64,000 nucleotides of DNA from Octopus bimaculoides (GCF_001194135.2 NC_068989.1:77870389-77934388), one strand, 5' to 3'. Numbered from the stretch's first letter, positions 26,957 to 39,922 are shown. Notes: generated by a model from the sequence alone, not told the origin. Numbers and translations: made by a program.

Positions 26957-27085
26957 TGTGGAAGTGCATAGGCTCGAAACGTTAAAGGCTTCTTCACTTC
27001 CTGAGCGTTAAACTAATACATCTGTTTGCTGTCTACACCATCTGTCTTCGTCTTTTGTTTTTTTTGTGAATTCTCCTACACACAC

Positions 27086-27123
<38 letters not shown>

Positions 27124-27270
27124 ACAAACACACACACATATATCTATATGGTGAGAATTTACGAAAAAAAAACTAAAACTCAAAACACGAAGATGTGTGT
27201 GTAAACAACGAATAGATGTGTTAGTTTAACGCTCAGGAAGTGAGAAAGTCTTTCACGATTCGAGCCTACA
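26957..27270. mobile_element. Penelope-like terminal repeats in inverted orientation around a (CA)n tract
   Basis: 26957-27076 and 27152-27270 are diverged reverse complements (ggctcgaaacgttaaag..cttcacttcctgagcgttaaactaatacatct). Confidence 0.55.
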
Positions 27271-28277
27271 CTTATATTAAAAGTTAGTAATTTTTTTGTG
27301 AAGCATTTGAGTTTAGAAATAGCGCAATATCTACACCGACAGAGATGCGTCATTGTCTCGAATCTGCAGTTAATGAATAAAACATCACTAATCCTTTATT
27401 TCTTGNNNNNNNNNNNNNNNNNNNNNNNNNNNNNNNNNNNNNNNNNNNNNNNNNNNNNNNNNNNNNNNNNNNNNNNNNNNNNNNNNNNNNNNNNNNNNNN
27501 NNNNNNNNNNNNNNNNNNNNNNNNNNNNNNNNNNNNNNNNNNNNNNNNNNNNNNNNNNNNNNNNNNNNNNNNNNNNNNNNNNNNNNNNNNNNNNNNNNNN
27601 NNNNNNNNNNNNNNNNNNNNNNNNNNNNNNNNNNNNNNNNNNNNNNNNNNNNNNNNNNNNNNNNNNNNNNNNNNNNNNNNNNNNNNNNNNNNNNNNNNNN
27701 NNNNNNNNNNNNNNNNNNNNNNNNNNNNNNNNNNNNNNNNNNNNNNNNNNNNNNNNNNNNNNNNNNNNNNNNNNNNNNNNNNNNNNNNNNNNNNNNNNNN
27801 NNNNNNNNNNNNNNNNNNNNNNNNNNNNNNNNNNNNNNNNNNNNNNNNNNNNNNNNNNNNNNNNNNNNNNNNNNNNNNNNNNNNNNNNNNNNNNNNNNNN
27901 NNNNNNNNNNNNNNNNNNNNNNNNNNNNNNNNNNNNNNNNNNNNNNNNNNNNNNNNNNNNNNNNNNNNNNNNNNNNNNNNNNNNNNNNNNNNNNNNNNNN
28001 NNNNNNNNNNNNNNNNNNNNNNNNNNNNNNNNNNNNNNNNNNNNNNNNNNNNNNNNNNNNNNNNNNNNNNNNNNNNNNNNNNNNNNNNNNNNNNNNNNNN
28101 NNNNNNNNNNNNNNNNNNNNNNNNNNNNNNNNNNNNNNNNNNNNNNNNNNNNNNNNNNNNNNNNNNNNNNNNNNNNNNNNNNNNNNNNNNNNNNNNNNNN
28201 NNNNNNNNNNNNNNNNNNNNNNNNNNNNNNNNNNNNNNNNNNNNNNNNNNNNNNNNNNNNNNNNNNNNNNNNNNNNN

Positions 28278-28590
28278 CAGATGGTGTAGACAGCAAACAG
28301 ATGTATTGGTTTAACGATCAGGAGGTGAAGAAGCCTTTAACGTTTCGAGCCTATGCACTTCCACAGAAAGGAACGCAAAACGATACAAAAAGAGAAAATA
28401 AAGGATGTGTAGTGGCTATCATGGTGAATGCCGGACAGAGCTGTCACAGAGGAGAGCTAGGAAGAAGGGGAGATAATGTAGTAGTGGTGATCCTAAAACG
28501 TAGATGCGCGTGTGTGCATGTGTAGGTGTGTGATGTGGGGTTGGGAAGTGGTCTGTGTTAGTGTGTGTGAAGGTGGTGTGATAACGACTG
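28278..28590 (-). mobile_element. Penelope-like 3' UTR / pLTR with degenerate hammerhead-like core
   Basis: 28278-28365 is the reverse complement of 26957-27044 with 3 mismatches in 88 nt. The minus strand reads ttt-CTGTGGA-agtgcataggctc-GAAAC-gtt. Confidence 0.5.
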
Positions 28591-28623
28591 AGGCAAGTAA
28601 AAGAGTAAAAGAATATATATGCA

Positions 28624-28707
<84 letters not shown>

Positions 28708-30897
28708 GACAGGATACAGACAGGACACAGATGTGTGTCGATAGCCAGCTGGAGGAGATGTCCTCCTGGGGCTAAACGCATCAGTAACATCCACCCCTCG
28801 GGGTCAGCCACATTTAAGTTGCAAATATACTTCACTTTATCGTGCAGTTACTGTTAATACCTCGTTCAGAGATTTAACATATATATATATACATATACAT
28901 ATATGTAAATTGTGCAAGCGCATGGCTCAGTGGCTAGAGCGTCGAGCTTACGATCGTGAGATTGTGAGCATCTTTTACCATCTTTTACCATCTTTTGAAT
29001 ATACTTATTTCCTTTTCGATCCTATCACCACTATATATATATCCCAAAATCTACTTCCTCTACACTCTACTTCACAATAACACCACCACCACATACAGGC
29101 TACTTGGTTTCTTTCAACCCCAATTCCACCGTCTGTAAATTGGCTTAGCTATCTTTTAGAATATGATACTACTATCTACCTATCCCACTCCTCTCTCCCT
29201 TTATTACTGTCCTTGGTTTATCACCCATACCCCCACCACCTATATACTACCTCTGCGCATTCCTTCCTACTCACTAAACCTTTTAACCTCATCGCCCCCT
29301 TCCTCCTTCCCTCACTTTACTCATCCTCTCTATCCAGTCAGATCAACTGACCATAAAAATATACCACTGCCATTCTCCACCTGAATCTTTCCTCCATCCT
29401 TTTCTCATTCTGTCTTCATGACTTGACCTACTTACCCTACGCACACTTCTCACTTGACTTGGGCATCCTTCAAGTAAACACAAGCAAAATACCATCGGAC
29501 ACAATATGGCATATATTCACCTCTGCTATCTCAGCCTTTGCTGCNNNNNNNNNNNNNNNNNNNNNNNNNNNNNNNNNNNNNNNNNNNNNNNNNNNNNNNN
29601 NNNNNNNNNNNNNNNNNNNNNNNNNNNNNNNNNNNNNNNNNNNNNNNNNNNNNNNNNNNNNNNNNNNNNNNNNNNNNNNNNNNNNNNNNNNNNNNNNNNN
29701 NNNNNNNNNNNNNNNNNNNNNNNNNNNNNNNNNNNNNNNNNNNNNNNNNNNNNNNNNNNNNNNNNNNNNNNNNNNNNNNNNNNNNNNNNNNNNNNNNNNN
29801 NNNNNNNNNNNNNNNNNNNNNNNNNNNNNNNNNNNNNNNNNNNNNNNNNNNNNNNNNNNNNNNNNNNNNNNNNNNNNNNNNNNNNNNNNNNNNNNNNNNN
29901 NNNNNNNNNNNNNNNNNNNNNNNNNNNNNNNNNNNNNNNNNNNNNNNNNNNNNNNNNNNNNNNNNNNNNNNNNNNNNNNNNNNNNNNNNNNNNNNNNNNN
30001 NNNNNNNNNNNNNNNNNNNNNNNNNNNNNNNNNNNNNNNNNNNNNNNNNNNNNNNNNNNNNNNNNNNNNNNNNNNNNNNNNNNNNNNNNNNNNNNNNNNN
30101 NNNNNNNNNNNNNNNNNNNNNNNNNNNNNNNNNNNNNNNNNNNNNNNNNNNNNNNNNNNNNNNNNNNNNNNNNNNNNNNNNNNNNNNNNNNNNNNNNNNN
30201 NNNNNNNNNNNNNNNNNNNNNNNNNNNNNNNNNNNNNNNNNNNNNNNNNNNNNNNNNNNNNNNNNNNNNNNNNNNNNNNNNNNNNNNNNNNNNNNNNNNN
30301 NNNNNNNNNNNNNNNNNNNNNNNNNNNNNNNNNNNNNNTATATATATATATATATAAATATGTATGTATGTATGTTGATAAATGTAAATATGTATATATT
30401 ATTTGCCACACATATACTACAAATACCCCTTGCAAATTCGCTGCTAGTTTGCTGTTTAGTGCGGCAGAAGCGACATCCTCAAAGCGTTGGGTGTTAATTG
30501 TTTTGACACGTCATTACCATATGCTAATTGCTGAACGTTACATATATTACACGAAATATCGTATTACTACGATTCAATAATAGGTGTATACATGTGCATT
30601 CTCGAGTAACCAGTGTCAATGTATACAGGTATGTATACAGCTATTGTTGAGTCGTAGTAGTACAATATTGCAACAGTTGCCAATGATGTATTGAAAGAGA
30701 TGTAGTGAATTGTAACAAAGCCTGTTCAATGTAACATGTACTCGTTGTTTTTTTTTATACACTACATTAATGTATAGATTTTACCATGTATATCTGTATA
30801 TCCAGTAACATGAGAATTCCTACTCTTTAATAACATTTGGTAGACAATAACCGGAGAGGAGATTTGCAAATCACATTACACATTATTAATAATTCAG

Positions 30898-30950
<53 letters not shown>

Positions 30951-31989
30951 TCATTTATTTATATATATATGTATGTGTGTGTGTCTATAAACTGAAGCTT
31001 TTGGCGTCATAAAAACAAAGGAAGAAATTGGATATGAAGGAAAAGGAAGTGTAGATTTTAAGGACATGGAAGAAAATGGGTTTGCGAACTTATCTATATT
31101 TGTCAATGCATTATATATATCAGAAATATCTAGGGAATTAGATTACGTGTCTAGAAGGAAAATATATATAAAATATGCGTGAAACGGCATTAAATATTTA
31201 TGGGAAATTGAACGTGTTTCAAGTAATGCATGTTATATCAGAAAGTAAAACAAATGAAACTCAAAAGAAGAACACAGTTAAGACAGAATGTTATACAATT
31301 GCATAATACGCGATTGTTTATAATCGTTTCATGGATAGATATGTGAGAATATGTTAGTAGGACGCGTGAGTGTATGTGTAGATCTATGCAGGTATATTTA
31401 TTATGTGTACGTATGTGTACATTCGTATACATACGTAAGGCATATATACATAAGTGAGGCATATACATATAGTTGTGGCCAAAAATTTTGAACATGGGTC
31501 TAAAAATTAGAATTTTAATATTAAATGCCCAAATATATGCGTTGTATGTATATTCGAATCCAAATGTCTTGAAACTTGAGCATAACAATTTTAATTTAAA
31601 AACAATTCTTCTAAACTTTTGGCCACGACTGCGCGTGAAGTTATCTATGAATATATGTGTAAAAAATATCAATCATCGGAAATTCATAAAAAAAGATAAT
31701 GTCTCAGAGTTGTAGATTTCTAACAAATTATGAATAAAAATGAAATGACATTCAAAATATAAATGTAAAATGTTTTGTCTGTGACTGTTACTGACAATAT
31801 AAGTGTTATATTTCCAGTCGGCAACATGCATACCTTTTAGAAGTAATTTCTTTGATGGTTAGAAGTAGAGCCTTAAAGTTCAATAAATCATCTTACTACA
31901 ATAAAATATTTTATTTTTCAAAATGTATAGACGAAGCACGGGAATATTTTGATGCACGGCAGCGGAGCTTCTGTGACTGATCAATTGAT

Positions 31990-32300
31990 TTTCAAAGTCC
32001 AATATTTCAAATAACTGACATACTTGGAAATTCTGTTGATACTTCTTCCTTGCTGTCCTCTTTATAAATAACTATGCTAGTTGTACTGATTATACGCCAC
32101 CATATCGTCCAGTGATAATTCCGTTTATAATGAAATATTTATAAATGACATGCGAAAAGTAATACAGTGCAAAATAAACTGTATAAGTCAAGAATTTATA
32201 TCAATAATATTATTAAAATCGGAAAACAATAAAAGATTTTCTCTGACTTATTTTGTTTTCAGGCAATAAAAACCATCTGTCGCACATTATCAGCACCGTG
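31990..32300 (+). repeat. Diverged duplicated unique block, copy 1 (paralog at 36380-36645)
   Basis: Identical 18-mer gcaataaaaaccatctgt (32263-32280 and 36604-36621), each just after a polypyrimidine-AG. Upstream collinear words: gaa.t.ctgttga, taacta, ccatat..cag, atcaata, attttc.c. Confidence 0.55.
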
Positions 32301-32989
32301 GCCTAGACATAGCATTGTTGATGTCATGCTATGAAAAGATTCTTTATAATTGAAAATATTTAATATTAAATAGAAAAGTGTTATTGTGGTTTGAGAATAA
32401 AGTTGTTAGTGACCAGGTCGTAGTTTCAAGCGACGGAAATTTTGACTCTCCGTCGCAAATAATAAATGTTTAAATGAAGTTAACAGTCCTTGTGTGTGTT
32501 CTGATTGGCTAACATGTGTCTTCTACGCTGTAAAATTTTTACTATCATCACACGGTCTCAGATCAAATAATATAACCTCGATGGTATCATTTGAGTATAG
32601 AAAGTTATACTAAAATCTACAGGTAGTTGTACATCAAAAGAATCACTCTATATGCATGGAAACATATTGATCAATATAAATACGCGCAGTATTGGTTTAA
32701 TCACCGCAGTTTAGCATGCTTCTGATTAATGAATGCCAGCTTGATAAAGCTTAATACACGCTCGCAATTAATAATCGCTTTTAGAATATGTGAATGAACG
32801 GCAGTTCTTAGAGGACCATGAAACACTGTTTCGTTATCTGTAATTAATAATGCATAATCACGCAGAAACACGTGTTTTATAGCTGGATATCACTGATAGT
32901 CCAGTATGATGTGTTTCTACCCACAGAGTACAAAGGATAATTTCATTCGCGAAACTTTTACTGCAACAAAGATCTGTCAATATTTTTTT

Positions 32990-33210
32990 AAGGTAGCGAG
33001 AGCTGGCAGAAACGTTAAGCACGCCGAGCGAAATGCTTAGCGGTATTTTGCCTGTCTTTACGTTCTGAGTTCAAATTCCGCCGCGATCGATTTTGCCTTT
33101 CATCTTTTCGGGGTCAATAAATTAAGTACCAGTTGTGTATTGGATTCGATCTAATCAACTAGCCCCTCCCCCAAAATTTCGGGCCTTGTGCCTACAGTAG
33201 AAAAGAAAGA
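32990..33210 (+). mobile_element. tRNA-derived SINE (family A), well preserved
   Basis: agctggcagaaacgttaagcacgccgagcgaaatgcttagcgg...ttctgagttcaaattccgcc...gggccttgtgcctacagtagaaaagaa. Confidence 0.92.
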
Positions 33211-34094
33211 TCTTTCAATGTTTGGTGGTACAATAGTGTTTTAAATGTGATTGTCCAGTCATGGCTGTTTAACGTGCTTTGTTGAATTCCAGTTTAACAA
33301 AGTTTATCAGGTGTTTTTATATAAGCAGAGCTGTTCTTAATAATAGACCATGAACGATTGATTCGGTACATATTACAGTCTGATGACGTCACTTATAACC
33401 TACTTCATTGTTGTTCCATGCATGAGGTTTATCAATAAGTTTTTTTCATCAGAGACAGTTATTGGTGCTAAGGTTTCTTTTTTCTAGCTGTGACTGCACA
33501 CGAATGATGTAAATATATATATGCATAGATCTATTTTAATCATCGCCAATTACCGCATTTCCAATTATTTAATTCCATAGTAGTAATTTGCAAAGTTAGC
33601 CACTAATAAATTTCTCTACACAAAATTTTACCACCAAAAGAGAGTATTAAATTTTCTGAGACGAAAGTGTATAAATGTTTTATAACAAATATTACCACAT
33701 TTTTCGCTTCATCTTTCAAATATATATATGCTCCAGAAGGAAGCGTTAGTCGAGTCCAGAGTGATGTTAAGAAAATAATATGACGAAAGAATATACGTTT
33801 ATCTTATGGACTTCATTAACTTAGAACAGCTGTTTCTACTAGAAGATGCAGTGGACTAATAGTTGAGTGCTTGAGTTACACATTATAGCTTCATAGTCCA
33901 GGTTCTGATGAAGCTATACTATCTGAAGTGAGGCATGGCGAGGAATTTAATAAGTATTTCTCGAGAAGGAATTAGAAAATAAGTGGTGGAGACGAAAAAA
34001 AACCAAACGATTGAACAACAAAGTAGTAAATAGGGTAAAAAAATGCAATTATGCAAACCATTATGCTGGAAGTGTGCTGAATAATAACTTCAAT

Positions 34095-34729
34095 GGAGCT
34101 GTAACTCATTCAGTAGTGGTCACGCATGCCGAAAAAACTGTTTTATGGTGAGCTTGCAGAGGGGAAACGCTAACGGTGTAAACCAAGAAAAAGGTTTAAG
34201 GACGGCTTAAGGACTAATGGTTCCAGTAGTTATAGAAACCTTTGCTTCGGATGGAGTTGGAGGGCGAACAAAGGTGTGGAGTGGAGTGAAAACATTTGAA
34301 GAGGTCAGAATAATGCAAGTAGGACTAAAAAAAGCTTTCTAAGGAAGAATGTAACGACCGAGAAGGCGAATGACAATGACGTCTTTGTGTGCACAGTCTG
34401 TAACAGACTATGACTGTCTTTTGCTGGCCTCCGAACGCATGGAAAACGAACCTCCACCAACTATTCTACCTACATGTCTGTGCACACTTTTGAATGCAGT
34501 GTATGCCAGTAGGTTTGCAAATCCAACGGAGGCCTCAAAAGAAAGTTTAAGATCCACAAAAAGCAGAACTTTTCTGCAGGTCTTGGCGGTCCAAACCAGA
34601 GGTGCAATTTATGTCGGTGTCTTTTCAGAAGATTGTCTGGTTTAAAAAGCCACATCAAACGTCATGATGATGCTAAGGTGTAGGTACAGGAGGTGTTCAA
34701 ACTCTGCATAAGAAATAGACGACCACCAC

Positions 34730-34760
<31 letters not shown>

Positions 34761-34778
34761 TGTATGTATGTATGTATG
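34095..34778 (+). mobile_element. RTE-clade LINE 3' end with three C-terminal C2H2 zinc fingers and (TATG)n tail
   Basis: RMPKKLFYGELAEGKR*RCKPRKRFKDGL (RTE post-RT motif), then KVWSGVKTFEEVRI, then one frame with FVCTVCNRL*LSFAGLRTHGKR, FECSVCQ*VCKSNGGLKRKFKIH and QRCNLCRCLFRRLSGLKSHIKRH. Stop at 34681, short UTR, (TATG)n at 34731-34778. Confidence 0.8.
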
Positions 34779-35084
34779 AATATATGGCTGGCTGGCTGAC
34801 TGGGCGGATGTATGAATTATTCTGAATTATAGATATATTTGGATTACATGGAATAGAGTATACTATTTCAAAATTGCAATGTTTTGAAGTAACAGATTTC
34901 AGGGCGTCACACCACACTGTTCGAAGCTGCTTCCCATATTTCTTTGGATTTTCGATATAAATTGTCAGATTCATTTTGTCCTTTTTGCTTAAATGCATTT
35001 CAATCTCGCTTAGACATCAAGTCTTGCACAAGATTAATTGGAAGGACGTTGACATTCAAATACATTATTTGCTGATTCTTTTGT

Positions 35085-35255
35085 TCTTTTACTTCTTTTG
35101 CTTCTTTCAGTCATTTGCCTGCGGCCATGCTGGAGCAGCGTCTTTAGTAGAACACATCAACACCAAAACTTATTCTTTGTAAGAATAGTTCTTAATCTAT
35201 CGTACTCTTTTGCCGAACCGCTAAGTTACTAGGACTTAATCACACCAATATCAGT
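35085..35255 (-). mobile_element. SINE-like repeat (family B)
   Basis: ctttcagtcattt..ctgcggccatgctggagca...cttattctttgtaag...tcttttgccgaaccgctaagttac. Confidence 0.85.
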
Positions 35256-36379
35256 GTAATTTATTATATATTGAAACTTCAGCGTAATTAATGATAATGT
35301 CTATCACTTGTCAAGTGAAAAATATTGCATGAGACATATTTTGATATTTGGATTCTAATATATAGAATGTCATTTATTCAGCTACCATATAATTTGAAGT
35401 TAAAGTTTAATTCGTTCTAATATTCATTGGTATTGATTATGCAGTCGACCAATACATTACGATTAATGTATGAGAGTATTTATAAAAAATATTCACAGAT
35501 ACATACATGCACAAATACACACACTCACACACATTTACATCATTCATTCACACATACACATAGACACACACGCACACCTTTATATATTAATTCATTCATT
35601 CATACACACATATATAAATATGGATATATATGTATATAAATACATACATACATATATATATATATNNNNNNNNNNNNNNNNNNNNNNNNNNNNNNNNNNN
35701 NNNNNNNNNNNNNNNNNNNNNNNNNNNNNNNNNNNNNNNNNNNNNNNNNNNNNNNNATATATGTGTGTGTGTGTGTGTGTGTGCGTGTGTGTATGTATGT
35801 ATATATATATATATGCAAGTAAACATACACATTTAAACTGCATGGTTGCCGGTGAAATAATGAAGAAAGGGAGTAGACGTATTTAATAAGAGTGAATTTT
35901 TTTTATTGATTATAATGGAATGATGCGAAATAAAAAAAATTAAACCGTCTATTGAGGCTATAATCGTTTTGACTGTAGGTTTATGGAGTTAGGCCTGGCT
36001 TGGGACTGAAACAGAAACCTATATTCTCCCCTGTCTTTAGTATTAATAAGGCGTTTGGCTCGCACATTTTATAGCAGTTTACTTTAATGCTTACGTCATC
36101 ACATACCCGAGATATGTACTCCATATTCTTGATATATTCAAATGCCCGAGAAATTTCGAAACCATATATGATAAACATCAGTTATGTTTTTTTATATCTG
36201 TAAAAAGAGTACTGTAAATCTTAGCCTGTCTTAGGATTGAAGCTTGTCCCTTTAAATACCACACGTGATGAGCTGATTATTATATCCGCCCTAAGGATCA
36301 AAGAGCTGCGATATTACTTCATTGTCAAGTTGTTGTTCATAAGCATCCTCATCAGAAACCAAACAAGTAACGTGGAAAA

Positions 36380-36645
36380 GACAGCTTTAAGTTGTATTCC
36401 ATTTTATAGCAATGAATCCTGTTGAACGCAAACTCCTTTGTGTCAACACCTCAGCAACCTTAACTACAGCATTAATTCCATATTCAGGTACGTAAAAAGG
36501 GTTAAAAATGCATATAAATGCAATCAATCGTCGCTGGATTAGAATAAATCAATACAATTAAAATTGTATTAAATCAAAAACATTTTCCCTTACAGATTTG
36601 AAAGCAATAAAAACCATCTGTTACTCATCACATTACCTCAAGTAT
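36380..36645 (+). repeat. Diverged duplicated unique block, copy 2, with candidate exon-intron-exon structure
   Basis: CAG|GTACGT at 36488/36489, tttcccttacAG at 36594-36595, 46-nt segment 36596-36641, then AA|GTATGT. Confidence 0.45.
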
Positions 36646-37117
36646 GTGCAATTATATGTTTGTGTGTGTGTGTGCGCGCGTGTGTGTATGTATATCTTAT
36701 AAGCTTTAATTTGAGCCAGTCTTATCTTTTTATTATCTTTTTTATTTTAGAACAGACTTTTAGCCTTAACGCTTTGCTAACTGCATGCGGTAAATCTTGA
36801 ATAGCCAATCGTTGACACCTAATGGAAACAGTTTTCATTTTTCATTAAATTGATTGGATTTTGATGCCATCCATTACCGTTCATATAAGCTGATAATAGC
36901 TGTTAATTAGGAATTAAAGTGATTAACCAATGCGTTCATTAGCAAAATATCATTTTAAAGTTCCGATATATGCTGCTCGGATTGAAATCAACTTAGTCTG
37001 ATGGCAATACTGATCTATATCTAAATTCTATGTCGCCACTCGTCAAAGAAAATTGTTTTTCCTGTCTTAAGTTAATATTTAAATGTCACCGATTTTAACG
37101 TGCACTTACACATACAG

Positions 37118-37148
<31 letters not shown>

Positions 37149-37574
37149 TATATATATATTCACGCACACACACATATGTATATGCATATATAGATATATA
37201 TAGATCTATATAAGCAAAGGAGCTAGTTCGAAATCTCTATTAGAAATGAAAGTACTATCTATACTGAGAAGTGATGTTTATTGCCTATCGCCACATCAAT
37301 ATGGCCGTTCCATAGGAATCGACGTTACTGCTGGCTTTAACCCTTGAAACAGCATCCATCAAATGGCTATTGATGCAATCTGCACCCGATATATATTGCC
37401 AGTAGGGACGTGAACCCTTACCATCTTCTAGGAGACGGCGGTATTACCAGAATATACGGGTTCGGACTAGTGTGTCTATTGTCAGTGATGAACACTCGTC
37501 AGTTAGAGATAGCAGCAATTCGCTCCTGCTCAGAATATGTATATATATAAAAAAAAAAGCTAGAGAATGTCATT

Positions 37575-37885
37575 GCTTATCGATCAATTCTAGCGGCCTT
37601 GTGACACTGCCGGGTGCTCATTCTCAGAAAGAGGTTGGAAGGGGTTGTTAGAAAATGATTTCGACTTCACCAGCTTCCTCATACCCCACGATTACGACAC
37701 AATAGAAGACTATCCACAAGGATCGAAAAAGACATCAACTGATCAACCTGCAACACCAAGGAGGAACTGTTGGCTAAGATCAAGGATTTGTTCGAATATT
37801 TTTCACAAGGGCTCAAGGAGGAACACACGCACCAAATTCAGGAGCCGAATGAAGCCGAAGTGGGAGACGCATGCGGCTATTATAT
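37575..37885 (+). mobile_element. Tc1/mariner-superfamily transposase C-terminal fossil
   Basis: Mixed frames give ..LENDFDFTS.. and IEKDIN*STCNTKEELLAKIKDLFE...KFRSRM...CGYY, matching the C-terminus (FYDFTSP..WPPNSPD..EKDTN..CNTK.EL.A.IK..F...FRSRLEAVV) of maT-like transposases. Confidence 0.7.
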
Positions 37886-37899
37886 TTTTTTCCCTTTAG

Positions 37900-38232
37900 A
37901 TTCTTCTTTAGTTTGAGTTGTATCGCTCATGTTGTTCTTTGTCTTTCCTATTGCCTTGTCTTTCTTTAACAGTTTTCTTATGATCTCTCATACCTCCAGT
38001 TCTGCCATCAACTTTCTTCTCCTAATAGCATTAGTTTGCATCCTAATAGCACAAGCACTGCATCACGATACTCATTTCTTCGCTGGTCCACTTCCTCCCC
38101 CCTGCTCTATTATCTGCTGATGCTGTTTTAGTATAACAGCTATGGTCAGTCTGCATCTTTACTGAACCACTGCCGAGTGAGAGGCCTTCCCTTAATGGTC
38201 CAGCTTCATTTTCGCTGTTACAACCAGTTTAT
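37900..38232 (-). mobile_element. 5' end of an R4/Dong-type element (Myb-like N-terminus)
   Basis: Begins right after the (TAA)n tract on its sense strand. RKWTSEEMSIVMQC at 38096-38055 resembles the RKWT.EEN..VM.CY N-terminal motif. Confidence 0.6.
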
Positions 38233-38250
38233 AATTATTATTATTATTAC

Positions 38251-38322
<72 letters not shown>

Positions 38323-38351
38323 CATCATCATCATCATTTTTATTATTATTC
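38233..38351. repeat. (ATT)n microsatellite between two R4/Dong-type elements
   Basis: Direct reading. Confidence 0.95.
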
Positions 38352-39200
38352 TTGCTTTACCTCCCAGAACGCTCAGTCTTGTGTGTTCTGGTAGAATCTG
38401 TGAGAACGGACAGCAGCCCGCTGTCAGAGGACTCACATGGCTTGTTCCCACATATTATAAGCTTTGATACTTGGTTGCTAATTATTATGGGAGACATTCA
38501 ACATCCAAGTACCAATCTCAAAATCCTAGCTCTCCTCAGCAGAGCAAATTTTGGGGCCTGCTGCTCTCATGTCAATTCTGATTTCTTTGACATATTTCTC
38601 GAATTGGTTGTTAGTTGTCTGAATGCCCGTAGAGCTACTGGAATGACAGATACTCTGTTCATAGTCCACGTTCTTGCAATTTCGTTTTGTAGAAGTCTGT
38701 ACATTTCAAACTTTTCTACTACTTTGTCACTTATTATGCGTGCATCTCCAAGTATTGCAATATCTATGATCCTGGTTTCCTTTTTTCCTTTATCAGCCAC
38801 AAAAATGTCTGGTCTCTGAGCCTCGACTAAGTAGACACATTGGATTTATAATCTCATAGCATTTTGTGTTCCTTTTTCTCCGTGAATCCTTTTCCTCCAT
38901 GTTCGTACCATTTCCGTGCTCTGTTCAGGCGGTACTTTTCACATAGCATCCAGTGTACAAACTTAACTACGTTATCGTGCCTCTTTTCGTAGTGCCTTTG
39001 AGCCAGCTTGCTAGACTCACTCACAATATGTGAGATTGTTTCGTTTCTGCTGCCACACATCTCACAAAAGAGGCGGTTCGCTACACTTATCTATTCCGAA
39101 CTTGGTGTAATTAGTTCTCAGAACTTGTTCTTGAGCGCTGCATACCAATGCCTCAGCGCATGATTTCAGATTACTTTTTCTTAGCCTTCTCCAAGATTTG
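38352..39200 (-). mobile_element. R4/Dong-type retrotransposon 3' portion (CCHC knuckle, RLE, 3' UTR)
   Basis: LRKSNLKSCAEALVCSAQEQVLRTNY; MCGSRNETISHIVSESSKLAQRHYEKRHDNVVKFVHWMLCEKY; KKETRIIDIAILGDARI..KFEMYRLLQNEIARTW..VSVIPV; ALLRRARILRLVLGC*; the UTR ends at the (TAA)n tract. Confidence 0.9.
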
Positions 39201-39889
39201 ATATATATATATATATATATATATGCATGCACATATATAAAGAGTTGATATTCGACCGTGTACCATATTTACACGTTATGAATATTTAGATTATTTCCTA
39301 GGGAAATTCGAATTCGTTACACGAATGACACTTTTGTGGCTAATTTTTCAGTTGTTATAACCTGGATATTTACTGTTTTTATCTTTCGTCATTCCACACA
39401 CAAACGTACTAATCTTTGATATCTATTAGATCAATAATACCTAAGAGAATCCGCAATAGTTTGCTATGTTATTGCTAACATGACGCTAAGTGTTTTCATA
39501 CAGTGATTTGCTTTCATTGTGAGGATTTCAGATGATTATATACAAACAAGTAAATGGTACTTAAATAAGTGTAAGCACTTATGCATATTTATTAAGTATT
39601 AAGTAATTGCAGATACTCTGATGCTTCATATATGAGCAACATAAAGCAAAGCAAAAGTAGTTCTAGCTGTGAACGTTATACTTAGAAATAGAAGCATGCG
39701 AATATATGCAAAGACATGGCTGTATACAGTCACAACACACACAGACGCATGCACATAAACACATACACACACACCGATACACGTGTGTGACAGTATTTTA
39801 CTATCATATATGCATATTGATGCATGTGTCTGCGTTTTTGTGAGCTTTGTAAATATATATATATGTGTATATATATTATATGTATATGA

Positions 39890-39922
<33 letters not shown>

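Noticed and set aside
29000-29544. Strongly C/T-skewed stretch before a gap
   Set aside because: Probably a decayed retroelement, but no diagnostic motif could be read in any frame.
32430-32456. 8-bp GC-rich hairpin resembling a Helitron 3' terminator
   Set aside because: No CTRR end follows at the expected distance and no 5' TC partner is identifiable.
34370-34683. Host C2H2 zinc-finger gene
   Set aside because: Contiguous with RTE post-RT motifs and a microsatellite tail, with no TGEKP linkers and two stops; treated as part of the LINE.
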